This document shows positions 1-13,805 of a stretch of DNA of 64,000 bases, in pieces. The position numbers and the translations under genes are program-made. Under the pieces are notes generated by a model. It saw nothing but the letters and a program-made list of their open reading frames with translations, was not told the DNA's origin and did no database searches. Origin of the DNA: Eledone cirrhosa (taxonomy: Eukaryota); contig OZ024747.1 of assembly GCA_964016885.1 (NCBI GenBank), forward strand, positions 66,216,001-66,280,000, read 5' to 3'. The stretch's first letter is position 1, and each line of letters starts with the position of its first letter.

Positions 1-661
1 TTTACATGTAATGGTTCTTGAAGATAAAGTAAAGGAAAGAAGTGCATTAAAGGAAAAAGAGGCCAGGAATGAGTGTTAAGGTTGAAGAAATAGAAGGAAG
101 AACATGTCTTAAACATCTCATTATTATATTATGAATATCAGTTAATCCTCAAGACTCAAAGTCGTAAAGGCTTCTGATTACAAATAGTTCGGTATTTGTT
201 TCGGCTCAATGAGGTCTTAGTTGAAATCCCGTCGAAGTCAACATTGCCTTTTATCCTTTCGAAGTCTATAAACAAAACACCGGACCAGTGTAAGTGTTTC
301 TTCTTCCTCCATTTCTCTTCATCATTCACACATTCCCTCTTTCCCTATCCCAAACAGGTTAACGGATGCGGGGGCGGGAGGGACATCGATCACCCTAGAC
401 TATTGTTGTTTGTTATATATTGTAGAGTATTCAGCGGACCAGGAAGAGTAGGAAATGGATTGTTTTGAGATAACATGCCATGCTAAACTCTACATTTAAG
501 AAATACACACAGGCATTCACACACACGCCCGCGCACACATGCACACACTCAGATATATGCACACATATATATACATACATACACAGTCACACATATATGG
601 AAAATTCAGGAACCCGGCGGCTGAGCTTCTGCTGTTTCAACAGCGAGATCTGAACGTATAA

Positions 662-713
<52 letters not shown>

Positions 714-809
714 TTATGTATACATATATATTCATATATACATACATCCATGCACTCACACACACATATATATATACATATATATACACACACACATATA
801 TATATATAT

Positions 810-1006
810 ATAGGAACGAGTAGGACCCCGACGGCTGAGCTCAAGCCGTTTCGACGGCTAATTCTGGAGTCCAGAATTAGCCGTCGAAACGGCTTGAGCT
901 CAGCCGTCGGGGTCCTACTCGTTCCTATTACCCACTCTACTACCCTAAGTATTGAGTACTTCGGTGCGTTATGGTCCACCTGGTTCCTTACCCCATTTCC
1001 TTCGTT
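810..1006 (+). mobile_element. Short hairpin-plus-tail insert in (TA)n; probable PLE terminal-repeat derivative (family I)
   Basis: Perfect 59-bp inverted arms 810-868 and 870-928, then a ~78-bp tail. (TA)n on both sides. Contains a hammerhead 3'-half-like motif GAAAC-GGCT..AGCC-GTC. Related copies at 15691-15910, 17700-17848, 3262-3345 and (diverged) 600-655. Confidence 0.7.
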
Positions 1007-1115
1007 ATATATATATATATATATATATATATTACATATATATATGCATATGCATTTGTGTACAATATATATGCATATGCATATATATATGCGTATATAT
1101 ATATATTAGTGTGTA

Positions 1116-1512
<397 letters not shown>

Positions 1513-1733
1513 TATTTATTCCACTTCCCTTGGTTTCCTCTAATCTCTTATCTATTAAGTTATACAGCCACCAAAAGCAACATGTGTACACAACATGTAT
1601 ACACAACATGTATACACAACATGTATACATTATCTACTAATATTCACATAAAGCAGTAACATCTTATACATATTCAACAATTAATGGCATACTCAATATT
1701 AACAAAATATACATCGAGTATATATCTGTGCGC

Positions 1734-1808
<75 letters not shown>

Positions 1809-1813
<5 letters not shown>

Positions 1814-2235
1814 TAAAATAACAGATTAAAGTTTAAGCAAAGAATCGCTGCTTTCACCCTTAACGGGATCTTCTGAAACTAACAAAGTCAATCTGTAAAC
1901 GCAGAACTGGATATTTCAAAAAACGTTGCAACCGGAGGAAGACAGGAAGACGATATTTTGGTTCGTGGTAACGTTCGCTGGCAAAGAACGGGAAAAAACG
2001 AATAATACGTCATTAATAGGAGCAGTGAAAAACAATTACGCGCAAAGACAAAACCACGTTTATGGTATAAAAGAGGTCGTAGACTAATGTTCTCTTAGGT
2101 GGTGCATAGAGACGTTCTCTGGCAATGAACGAAAAAACGAAGATAATAAGTCATGTGTGGAGCGTGGAGAACAATAGCACGCAAAGACAAAACCACGTAA
2201 ATGGTATAGCAGAAATCGTAGACTAAAATTCTAAC
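1809..2235 (-). mobile_element. Dispersed repeat (family A) with a hammerhead-like motif near its 3' end
   Basis: Reverse-complement copy at 18120-18362, related copy at 32770-33010, short copy at 14440-14503. Internal tandem duplication. Abuts (TA)n. Confidence 0.7.
1830..1880 (-). ncRNA. Hammerhead-like ribozyme with variant core CAGAAGA (family A)
   Basis: Minus strand reads AGTTT-CAGAAGA-TCCC GTTAA GGGT-GAAA-GCA..TGC-TT-AAACT. Stems I, II and III all pair; core position 4 is A instead of U. Confidence 0.5.
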
Positions 2236-2904
2236 TAGGAGACCAAATGAATCTCCGCTACAGAGTTAAGAACAAAGTAAATAAATACAATACAGAAGTA
2301 ATAGAAACAAATAAATACATACGCGCAAACAGATACGTACATACACAAGCATACGCAAAACCTTACCATGGGTATACAAAACCACGCACATATAAATATG
2401 TGTGTGTGTGTATGCTTGTGTACAAATAAATAAATAATTATATAAACGTATATAAGTAAATAAATACGTATATAACAAGCGCACACACATACCTACATAT
2501 AAATACACGAATGTTCGGAGACGTAAGTCAACTAAAACAAGAAGTACACATATACACACACCCACCATACGTACGAACCTGCACACTCACGCGGACGCAA
2601 AACTCCCGTATACACATAGCCAAACCCTAAATACCAGAATATGTAAAAATTATACGCTATAACAGTCAAATATACGTACGAGAAGGTACACATACCTTCA
2701 CAAAACATACGGCTAATATATACTTACCTATGCAAATACGTAAAGAAATAAACAAAACATATACTTAGCTCCCACATCAAGACGTAACATATCCACGTAC
2801 AGATCGTGCTATCCGTTAGGGTATAACGTGGGGCTGTAATACAGGAAAGTTTTGTGCAATTTATGTTTACAAGCCGAAATTGCTCTACGGTTCTTATATA
2901 TTAT

Positions 2905-3258
<354 letters not shown>

Positions 3259-3368
3259 ATATATATTACCCACTCTACTACCCTAAGTATTGAGTACGTT
3301 GGTGCGTTATGGTCCACCTGGTTCCTTACCACATTTCCTTCGTTATATATATATATATACATTCACAT

Positions 3369-3400
<32 letters not shown>

Positions 3401-3551
3401 GTGTGTGTCTATGTATGTATAAACTACTGATAACTGTGATATATACAACCACCAACAAGAGCATATATTTACATACACACGCACACACACACATACACAC
3501 ACACATATATATACACGTATATATTCATATATATATATATATATATACGTG

Positions 3552-3627
<76 letters not shown>

Positions 3628-3634
<7 letters not shown>

Positions 3635-3794
3635 AGATCAAAAGATGGTTAAAAGAGTTCCAAGTATTTTATTATACGCATTTCAAAAACAAATATCATC
3701 ATGGGATGATATCTGCGTCCTCATAAGATAAAATAGGGAGACATGATATGAAGCTTAAAAAACACTTGTGAATAGTGAAGTTTTAAATCAACAT
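3628..3794 (-). mobile_element. Solo 3' terminal repeat of the PLE at 38715-42122, with a degenerate hammerhead (3665-3735)
   Basis: Aligns by eye to 38717-38880. Core reads CTTATGA instead of CTGATGA. Flanked by (TA)n. Confidence 0.8.
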
Positions 3795-3796
3795 AT

Positions 3797-3846
<50 letters not shown>

Positions 3847-3847
3847 G

Positions 3848-3894
<47 letters not shown>

Positions 3895-4089
3895 ACACTA
3901 ATCTACTGATGTATATTCTGCCAAAAACTACAGAGACCAACTTGATGTAGAGGAAAACAGAAAAGACGAAAGAAAGATGTTAAAAAAATAAAACAAACAA
4001 AGAAAGAGAAAGAAGGGAAAGATATTTCTGTAGGAAGCTGGAACCATGCATATTCATGAACATTTACTACATTCAAAGATCTACTAAAG

Positions 4090-4618
4090 AAGAGTAACAA
4101 CAACAGTGACATATACATCAACGGAAACAACATTAGTAACAACAATGGTTTCAATATAGACAACGACACATTAGTGACGGCAGCAGCAACAACAACAACA
4201 CAAATTTTGCCAATGATAACAACAACAACAGCAACAACACCAATGACAATACTAACATAGGAAACAACAGTAACTACCACAACAAGACCAATAGTAACAC
4301 CAACAGTAACAGCAGCAACAACAGCAACAGCAGTAACAGCAGCAACAGCAGTAACAGCAGTAACAACAGTAACAAGAGTAACAGCAGTAACATCAGCAAT
4401 AGCAGCAACAGCAGTAACAGCAGCAACAGCAGTAACAACAGTAACAACAGTAACAGCAGTAACAGCAGCAACAGCAGCAACAGCAGCAACAGCAGTAACA
4501 GCAACAACAGCAGCAACAACAGCAACAGCAGCAACAGCAGCAACAGCAGCAACAAGAGCAGCACAAATTGTTGCCAATGATAACAGCAATAACATCAGCA
4601 ACAACACCAATGACAATG
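4090..4618. repeat. (AAC/AGC/AGT)n low-complexity trinucleotide array
   Basis: Read directly. A similar tract lies at 5495-5800. Confidence 0.9.
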
Positions 4619-4619
4619 A

Positions 4620-4837
4620 TGGTTTCTAATATAGGCACAAGGCCAGCAATTTTGTAGGAGGGGTAAGTCGATTAAATCGGCCCCAGTGCGTGACTGGTAC
4701 TTTATTTTATCGACCCCGTAAGAGTTAAAGGCAAAGCTAACCCCAGCGGGATTTGAACTCGGATCATAAAAGGCCGTAACTCTATGTTGCAAACCATAGC
4801 GTCCGACCCTCTATCGAGATTGACAATCCACCGCCCT
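4620..4837 (-). mobile_element. tRNA-derived SINE (Meta-domain-like core) with 14-bp target-site duplication
   Basis: B box GAGTTCAAATCC and a core resembling GCCTTTCATCCTTACGGGGTCGATAAAATAAAGTACCAG on the minus strand. ACACCAATGACAAT occurs at 4604-4617 and 4839-4852. Confidence 0.9.
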
Positions 4838-4967
4838 CACACCAATGACAATAATAATATAGGAAACAACAGTAACTACCACAACAAGACCAATAGTAAC
4901 ACAAACAGCAATAGTAGCAACAAAAACATCAATAAGAACGTCATGAATAACATCAATGACAATAACC

Positions 4968-5450
4968 ATCATCATTATCATCCGGTGGCCTCAGCCGAAA
5001 TCGCCTCAACAATTGTTCTCCACGTGAGTCTGTCGTTGATTGTTGTTGCCAAGTTCTGGATTTCAATACCAGAATCTCTGGAGAAGACATTGGGATAGCA
5101 GAGCTGGCAGAGGCCAGCAAATCTTACTCTCCTTTTACGTACGTCAAATATACATAGGAGGCCGTCGTATATCTCTCTCAAAGTCAGATTTCACTTGCTT
5201 ATGTTCTAAATGTGTTGAAGAAGGCGAGTGTAAGTGCCATCAAGGAGCTTTTGTTGTTTGGATGAAAGCGTCCATGTTTCACTTCCATATAGCAAGATTG
5301 GTTGAATTGCTACTTGAAAGAGTCTGATTTCGGTGTGGTTGGAAAGATTTGAGCGCCAAACTCGATCCATCTTGTTGCAATCTGGCCATGCTTGGGCCCT
5401 TCTGGTGACGAAATCCTTCTCAGAGACCATGATCCAGGACCCACGATACT
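4968..5450 (-). mobile_element. RTE-type LINE 3' fragment (frameshifted)
   Basis: Translations RLFQVAIQPILLYGSETWTL..LDGTYTRLL and RKRRVRFAG. (GAT)n tail. Confidence 0.8.
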
Positions 5451-6227
5451 TGAAAATCTTTTTTTGCTTGATATCAATGCCGTTGATTTATTTGATGACA
5501 ATAACAACAACGGCAGTAATAGAAACAACTTCAAAAAAATTAGTTTAGTAACGACAATAGTACACAACCACAGCAATAACGACATCAGCAACAGTAGTAA
5601 CAGTAACAGCATTATCAACAACAACAATAACAGTAACAACAACAGCAGTAACAATGACAACAACAATAGTAACAACAACAGTAACAACATTAACAGTAAC
5701 AGCAACAACATCAATAACAATAGTAACAGCAACAGTCACTGTAACAACAGCAACAACAACAGTAATTCTAACACCTACAAGAATAGTAAAAGTAACAAAA
5801 ATAAGTAAAACACAGTACAAGAAATTACTAATATTTCCAGTTAAGGTCTCTGTAAGTCAGGGTTCAAAATGAAGATCTTCTTAACCCCTGGGCAAGGCTG
5901 GTTTGTTTTTATGGTACACCAGTAGTTACAGCAAAGTTTCCAGTTTCCACGTCACTGGTGTTGTCCAGGAGCAAAGAAAAGTCAAAACAAATTTCGCAAA
6001 CATTTTATCCAAATGTTCCCCCAAATCTACTACCGTGGATTAATACTTTATTTTTTTTAACCCGGAAGGGCGGAAGGCAAAGTTGACCACGGAGTCATTT
6101 GAACTGAGTACGTAATGAGTCCGAACAGTTACTGCAATGCATTTCTTCAAAAGTTTTAATGATTCTGCCAGACATGAGTATTTGACAGATACTATATTTT
6201 ATCGACCATACTATATTTTATCGACCA

Positions 6228-6400
6228 CATCCCTGATCACTACTATCGGAGCGAAGTTGGCTACCCGCAAGTCCGAACTACGCAAGGTGGAATGGTTGTT
6301 CCAGCGTGTCTCCTTCGCTATCCCCCGAGACAATGCCTTCTCTATCCAGTCGGCCGGGACCATGAGGCGGACGCCATATCAGCAGGAGTAAGGTAACTGT
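6228..6400 (+). mobile_element. CRE-like RLE retrotransposon C-terminal fragment
   Basis: IGAKLA...WLFQRVSFAIPRDNAFSI resembles the FQRLSxAxQRGNA terminus of CRE-type elements. Confidence 0.55.
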
Positions 6401-7602
6401 TTTTAGACGAAAAGGTTAATAATGCTGACACATACACTAGCTCATAACTATATATAGTTTAAGATTATTACGATTGTGTTACAATATATTTTGAAAATAA
6501 CCATCACAAATACACGCACATATGATATCCCCACCTCCCACAAAAAAGACTTTCTACAGGCAAAACTGCATTTGAACTAAGAACGTAAAACATTGGAACA
6601 ACTACCGTCAAAAATCTCTTCTGAAACTGTACCTTTACACCATTCCACCTGCTTTAACTGGTAATATCTTTTACCGACCTCGGAAAAATATATGTGTATA
6701 TGCAGGTATACATACACATGAACGGTAAAGTTGACTTCGCCCGGGGGGATTTGAACTTGGAATGAAAGAACCTGGAACAACTACAGCAATCTAGCGAATT
6801 TGAGAATCCAGTGTCTTTTATATTATTTCTATAGTGTATAATAGTCCCACAGTTGCATATATTAGTTAGAAACTGTTAACAATAGACGAGAACAACTGTT
6901 TGTCATAAGCTGTTGTTTTATCACATATTCAGCTAAGATCATTCTAAAACTTTCTATAACACCGTAAAGACTGAATTTCTATGCAACGTCACGTAGCTCA
7001 AATTTGGCGCTGTTTACACAATAATGGCAACAGGTCCTCTCGTAGTGACACACAAACACACATTCACATATTTTAGCAAAGCATACATACATACATACAT
7101 ACATATGCACGTACACACACATGTATATACACACACACACGCACATATATATATATATATACACTCATATTCACACAGACCTCCCCACACACATATGCAT
7201 ATTTATCTGTGTATGTGCGAGTGTATATGTATAAAAAGTGTGTGGGGGTGTGTATGTGTATATATGCGCATACATACCTACACACTCACATACATACATA
7301 CATACATACATACATACATACATACATACATACATACATACATACATACATACATACATACATACACACATACATACACACCAACATACCTATATACAGC
7401 AATATTAGTTATTTGAATTTCAGAAACCTTCCCCATAACAATAACAGGCAGTTTTCTTTTTTTTCTTTACTTTTAACTGATTCTTATTCTTTACCCAACT
7501 TCAGTTTTTTATATTCCTTCATGAAATTTTCTATTCCTAAATCTTCCTCATATTTAAGAGGATTCTTTAATCTGGTTGAGCATACGACAAAGTCACTAAT
7601 GA

Positions 7603-7980
7603 TGGTGCCAGGATAAAGTGCACCCAGTTCATTCTGTAAAATGATAGAGTTAATGTCGCAAAAAAAAACCTCGTAATTCTCTCTGAAAAGCGTTACTGCA
7701 AGTGTCGCGATAAAATGTACCCAACACACTCTGTAAAGTTTTAGTGGCGGTGTCACGATAAAATACACTCAGTTCTCTTTGTAATATGGTAGTGTTGGTG
7801 CCATGAAAAAAAACAAACGCACCCAATACACTCTGTAAAAATGGTTGACTTTAGGAAGGGCATCTTACCGTAGAAACCATGCAAAATATGGAACGTATGA
7901 GCAAGTAAATGTCACTGTGACATATCGTACCCCAAGACTTGACAACCCGTCTAACCTATGCCAGCGTGGAAAATGTAAAT
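7603..7980 (+). mobile_element. Second SINE-like family with internal tandem duplications
   Basis: Repeated GCACCCA..ACTCTGTAAA units, then AGGAAGGGCATC..CCGTAGAAACC and CCGTCTAACCTATGCCAGCGTGGAAAA. Confidence 0.55.
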
Positions 7981-9329
7981 AAAATCATTGGCGATAATGG
8001 CAATGGTGTCGAAGAATCTGGTGCTGATAATGATAGGGGTGATGGTTTTCTATGGATCAACGAGGGACCCACTCAAATAGCAACAACAATAAGAACACGC
8101 AAAACTGGTTTAATAGTCTTGTTGAAAAATATATGTGAACATTAATATAATGAAGATGAAGCTAATGATATATGAGACAGTCACATTGCAATAGATATAC
8201 AGAAAAAAAATCTTTAACTACTCCAATCTACTTATGTTGTGTTGAAATATACCAAGTAAATAATGTGGACAATAAAAATACTGAAACATAGAAAATAAAA
8301 TAAAAGAACCCCCAAATCGCTATGTAAATCAATAATGAAACTATACAAAGGAAAACAGAGGTAGTTATGGGAAAAATACTATAGAAATATAACAAAACAA
8401 ACAAAACAATAAGAAAGCAAAGAAACATCTGAAATCATAGAACACAATAAAAAAAAAATGATCGCCGCCAAACGGTAAGAGATCTGTTAGTATTAAAACC
8501 AAAAAAGATTCTTTGAACAAAACAGTTTCACTCTAACCGAAAAGGTTTTTTTTATCAAGATCTAGGTCAAAATATAATAGAAACCAATGCAGCAAATCAA
8601 CAAGAGAAGTAAAAGTATGTGGAGAGGGGGATGGAGTATGGACAGGGAAAGAAGCAACACAAAACAACGAACACAGAACCAAAACAACGAAGTGAAAACA
8701 AGAGAAATACAATTATTGAGGAAAGGGGTATGAAGTATGGACAGAGAAGGAAACAACACTGTCAATATTGTTCGAGTGCTTAAAACAACAACGTGTCAAC
8801 AACAACAGAAATGGGCAACTTCGAAGGAAAATCTGGTGTATAAACAATAATAGAATCAACACAGGTGAGATTGTTCCGTTGATCAAACCAAGTGTCAACA
8901 CAACATAGACACTAGCTCTAGCGTTACAAAACATTTGAACTACTGGCACCATATAGACAATGGGCCCATTGCTGCAGCTATTGGGTGGTGTCACGCAAAT
9001 TTGCGACAATGAAATACCACCTCTTCGGGAGATGTATAATAGGTGTAAGATGTAACGATTCCTTGATCACCTGTGTTCTTACTCCATGTTGAAGTGTTGT
9101 CAATGCATGGGGAGGGGATCTTGGTCTTGCCTTTTGTTGCTGGATTATGTCCCTTCCGAGCACATGAGAGGCGTAGATTTTCACGAATAATTGAGGTGAT
9201 GTTGAAATGGCTCTCAACTGACAAGATGAAGCAATCTTGTCTGTCTGTCTGCCTGTCTGTATGTATGTATATAGAGTGTCGAGCGCGCGCAGACACACAC
9301 GTGTACACACACTGATATATAATTATGTA

Positions 9330-9477
9330 TCGTTTTTCCCGGCGTCGAAGACGCTACTTTTCTCCTAAAATAAGTCTCAAAATTCTATCATGCGTCCTGG
9401 AGACCGAAGGTTGTTTATTATTTTTTTCAAATTTTTGGTTGTCGAGGACGAAGCGTCTTCGGCTTCGGGAAATACGA
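9330..9477. mobile_element. MITE with Tc1/mariner-like (Tc2-type) ends
   Basis: Imperfect ~26-bp TIRs (TCGTTTTTCCCGGCGTCGAAGACGCT and TCGTATTTCCCGAAGCCGAAGACGCT), with TA on both sides. Confidence 0.65.
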
Positions 9478-9578
9478 TATATACAGATATATACCTATAT
9501 GCTTTGGGATAGTCATACTGACAAGAAAAATGCATACAGCAGTTGAGATTCACTTCAGTTTTATTATTAGTTACTCTC

Positions 9579-10103
9579 AGGGCGGTGGATTGGCAGTATC
9601 GGTAGAGGGTCGGACGCCATGCTTTGCCGCATAGAGTTACGGCCCTTTATGATCTGAGTTCAAATCCCGCCGAGGTTAACTTTGCCTTTCATCCTTACGG
9701 GGTCAATAAAATAAAGTACCAGTCACGCACTGGGGTCAATTTCATCGACTTTTCCCTCCCCCAAAAAATTGCTGGCCTTGTGTCTATATAAGAAACCATT
9801 ATTAGTTACTCTCACGGCGGTGGATTGGCAGGCTGAGTTCAGATCCCGCCGAGGTTAGCTTTACCTTTCATCCTTATGGGGTTGATAAAATAAAGTACTA
9901 GTAATGCACAGGGGTTGATTTAATCGACTTTCCCCTGCCCCAAAATTGTTGACCTTGTGCCTAAATTAGAAACCATTATTAGTTACTCTCGGTGTTCAAA
10001 TCCCGCCGAGGTTAACTTTGCCTTTCATCCTTACGGGGTCGATAAAATAAAGTACCAGTAATGCACTGAGTAATTGCTGGCCTTGTGCCAAAAGTAGAAA
10101 CAA
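9579..10103 (+). mobile_element. Three tandem tRNA-derived SINE copies separated by the same 16-bp spacer
   Basis: A box TGGCAGTATCGG and B box GTTCAAATCC. ATTATTAGTTACTCT(C) occurs at 9563, 9798, 9975 and 10103. Confidence 0.9.
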
Positions 10104-10306
10104 TTATTAGTTACTCTAGGGTCTTGAATAATCGTCCTCCCACCTGCTAAATTATTGAGATTTTTCCACCCCATCTCATCCCCGCCCTTAGTTCAACACC
10201 ATTCACTTATTAGATTTTGCTAATCTATCTCCTGCGAAATGTTTCTTTATACATTAAAAAACATTATACATGACCAACAAAGTACATTACTAGAAATTTC
10301 ATACGT

Positions 10307-10422
10307 CCCTTTACGATCTGAGTTCAAATCCCGCCGAGGTTGACTTTGCCTTTCATCCTTACGGGGTCGATAAAATAAAGTACCAGTAATGCACTGGCCT
10401 TGTGCCTAAAGTAGAAACAATT
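10307..10422 (+). mobile_element. 5'-truncated SINE copy
   Basis: B box, core and TGTGCCTAAAGTAGAAACAATT tail. Confidence 0.85.
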
Positions 10423-11439
10423 ATAAAATAAATAGGATGGGTTCGGGTCACAAAATATAAACTAAACGATTTATTTGAATTAAAAAAAAATCAACGGAGC
10501 CAACCTAGAGCAATTACCGACCTTACACCACCCCCGCTTTTCCCCCCGCTCTCATTCTAACTGCCTCCCTCCTATTATTTGGGACCCAAGAGTAAGTAAC
10601 TAATCCATCTTTCAGTTCGGTAACCGGGTGGATATTTAATTGTCATATTTAATTGTTAAAGTTCTTTCGTCATACATTCTGTGACCTTCTCGAAGACAAG
10701 ATGGAGTAAATGGAACAAAATCAAAACGAAGATACACCAGGAAGCAAGAATAGTCATTGAGGAGAAAAATAAACAACAGAAATTTATATTATAAAAAAAC
10801 CCGACTAAACCTTAACATAAAAATGGGAATGTGTAATGCGTAAGGTCTAGTGTTTAAATGTTTATGGTATTAGTATCACGAGTATATAGTCGTATGTTCG
10901 ATACTCAGACCAGGTAGTGCATCGTTCCGTAAAGAGGCCATTTAATTTCACAGGTCAAAATGATAAACTTGTAACTAAAGATAGATTAGGTATTGTAAAT
11001 TGATATCAAATCTAGTTTCCAGATTTAAATATAGAGAATGAAAACTTCTTGTAAGTACGTACTATGTAAATTTGCCTTGTTGATCAATGGTATGCCATTC
11101 TTGTTTTTTGAAGAAAATTAAATTTTGTTATAAATCATAGAACACAGGTTGCACAAATTTGAAGGATAAAACGTAATTTAAATCTGTAAAACAATGATTA
11201 ATATATAATTAAATTATTAGAAAAATTTTACTTGCAAATTTGTTGGCGTTATATACTGTATATATATATATATATATAAATAAAGTATTTCCGTAGGAAA
11301 GGTAATGGAAAAGAGAGTGCTCTATGTAGGCTACATAGCTTTTTAGTTATGAATTACTTAAGTTTGTATCAAATAACAGAATAGTTTGTTTTAATTGCTG
11401 TAGAAATTTTGGTTATTATTACAAATATTTTTATCATCA

Positions 11440-11965
11440 TCATTGTCGCCCAAACGACCTCTCCCTCTCCTCCTCTTTCAAACACATGCACACAGAGAAA
11501 AACGCACACACCTAATGTAAAAACCACGAGTAGGCTCTTAATGGAAACCCCACCAACCATAGAGGTCAAACCACCCGACCGCTACAAGACTCCGGGAGTT
11601 AAGTAAATCTTTCCTCTCTCCTTTAGCCTACCAACATGGCCATATTAAGAGTAGGATGTTTAAATGTTCGTGGCCTGGGGTCGACCTGGAATCAGGGTCG
11701 CCTGCTCAAAGACCTTAGGTCTCTAGGAATGGATGTAATTGCCGTCAGCGAGACCAGGATTTCCTACACATGCACACTTGCCCCCGTTTTTTATGACTAT
11801 CAGATCTTCACATCTGTTAGTCGGCCGGAAATGGTAGGTGTGGTGGCAGTGCTGTTTAGGAAAGGCTTAGATCTCGAGGTAAGGTCGATCTTCCGGGACC
11901 CGGACAGTATGTTGGTGGACCTGGACGTGAACAATAGCGAAGGCAGTGCCTTTAGACTGGTGCCT
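11440..11965 (+). mobile_element. Tx1/L1-clade LINE fragment (ORF1 end plus start of the ORF2 AP endonuclease)
   Basis: MAILRVGCLNVRGLG...DVIAVSETRIS...AFRLV (from 11636) is homologous to the N-terminus of ORF2 at 50597. Confidence 0.85.
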
Positions 11966-12795
11966 TTACACTTCATCAGAAAGCCTATAGTAGCAGAATT
12001 CAACTGTTCACTACGAGGTAGATTTCAGTAATGAGATTTTCGTTTAAGAAAATGTAAATAAGTTTTAAATAGCATGAAATACCAAATTCGATGTCAACAG
12101 AACTGTTAATACCGTAGAATCAGATATAGTAATCGAGGACCACACGCTTAACTGAGTGGTTAAGAATTTTCTTTCGGAATCATAAGGTATCGGGCTCCAT
12201 ACCTCTTTCATGTAGACTTATGCTTTGTCGGGTGGATTATACACGGTGTCATGCTTAATCTCCCCGATAATTACATTAAGCGTGCATGGTCTATGGATGT
12301 TCAGCCATTTACACTATAAGAGGTCAATCTGAATATCCCCGAGAGTTACGTGATGGTACACGTGTCTACAGAATATTCAGCCACTTACATTATAATACAA
12401 AATAGACTGTGTTGCGTTGAATTTCACAAAGAATAACGTAAGAGTACATAAGTTTGTGGAATGCTCAGCCACATGTCTATACATTAATTTAACAAGTAGG
12501 CTGATACGTTATTTGGATAAATGAAACATTTATTGTCGAAAGCGACGAAGATCCATTGCAATTTCCCTTTTCATTTGTCGATATAAACATCATACATCAA
12601 TAAATCTGAAGATGACTTTTAACATGGAAGCACTAATGGGATACAATTTAGATACCAAAGGAAAAAGAAATAACAAAGTTTCTCACATCAATAATTTTTT
12701 ATTCAATTATTTTGCTAGAAGTAGTTTTTCTCTACCTTGAGCATCAGGGTGACAGTGCCGTCAGACACAGACACACACATATACACACACAATCA

Positions 12796-12878
<83 letters not shown>

Positions 12879-13509
12879 ACACACACACACACACACGCAC
12901 ACCACTCACACACACCGCACCACACACACACCGCACACACCACACTCACAAACACCACACCACACACGCAGACATGTACTATATATATGTATATTCATAC
13001 ATACATACATACATACATAAATACATACATACATACATACATACATACATACATACATACATACATACACACATATATTCAAACATGCAAACGCACAAAC
13101 ACATGCATACATACATACATACATACATACATACATACATACATACATACATACATACATTCATACAAACACACAGACACACACACACATATATATATAT
13201 ATGTTATTATGTATCTATGTATGTATGTGCGTGTTTGTATGTATGTACATATGTGCATGTGTGTGTGTGTGTGTGTGCAGATGTATATTCTATCTATAAT
13301 TATATATATCCTTAGTGTATTTTCTCCATTCAGCTTAATGCTTGCCCACATTTAATTGCCCGTCTCTGAGGATGTTTCGAATACCCTTCCTTAATCTATC
13401 TCTATATGTCTGACCGTTTATATCCTTACTCCACCCTCACATATCCTCAGACCTATATACTTTGAACCACCAATAAACAAATACATTTCAGAATTGTACT
13501 TTTATGCAG

Positions 13510-13805
13510 TAGACTTGAGATCATGTGTTGAAACTGTTTGGTAAGTGACTTGATTTGATACCGTATGTTGAAACTGTCTTGCAAATGATTTGATCTGAGG
13601 TTGTGTATTGAAACTGTTTGTCAAGTGACTTGATCAGAGATCGTATGTTGAAATCGTCCGGTAAGTGACTTAAGACCTTGTATTTAAACCAAAACAAATG
13701 CACTGTGAAATATTTAGTGACATTATATTACAACTGTTTGGCAAGTCACTTCATTTGAGGCGTATGTGTGTTGAACTTTGATCTGAGATTGTGCACGCTG
13801 AAACT
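13510..13805. repeat. Diverged 40-bp minisatellite, about 7 units
   Basis: TTGAAA recurs at 13528, 13568, 13608 and 13648. Unit is roughly GTGTTGAAACTGTTTGGTAAGTGACTTGATTTGAGATC. Confidence 0.8.

Noticed and set aside
8720-9230. Possible PLE endonuclease remnant on the minus strand (IKESLH)
   Set aside because: Too degraded; one short motif is not sufficient.
9579-9680. tRNA gene (A and B boxes)
   Set aside because: It is the head of a multi-copy SINE; no complete cloverleaf.
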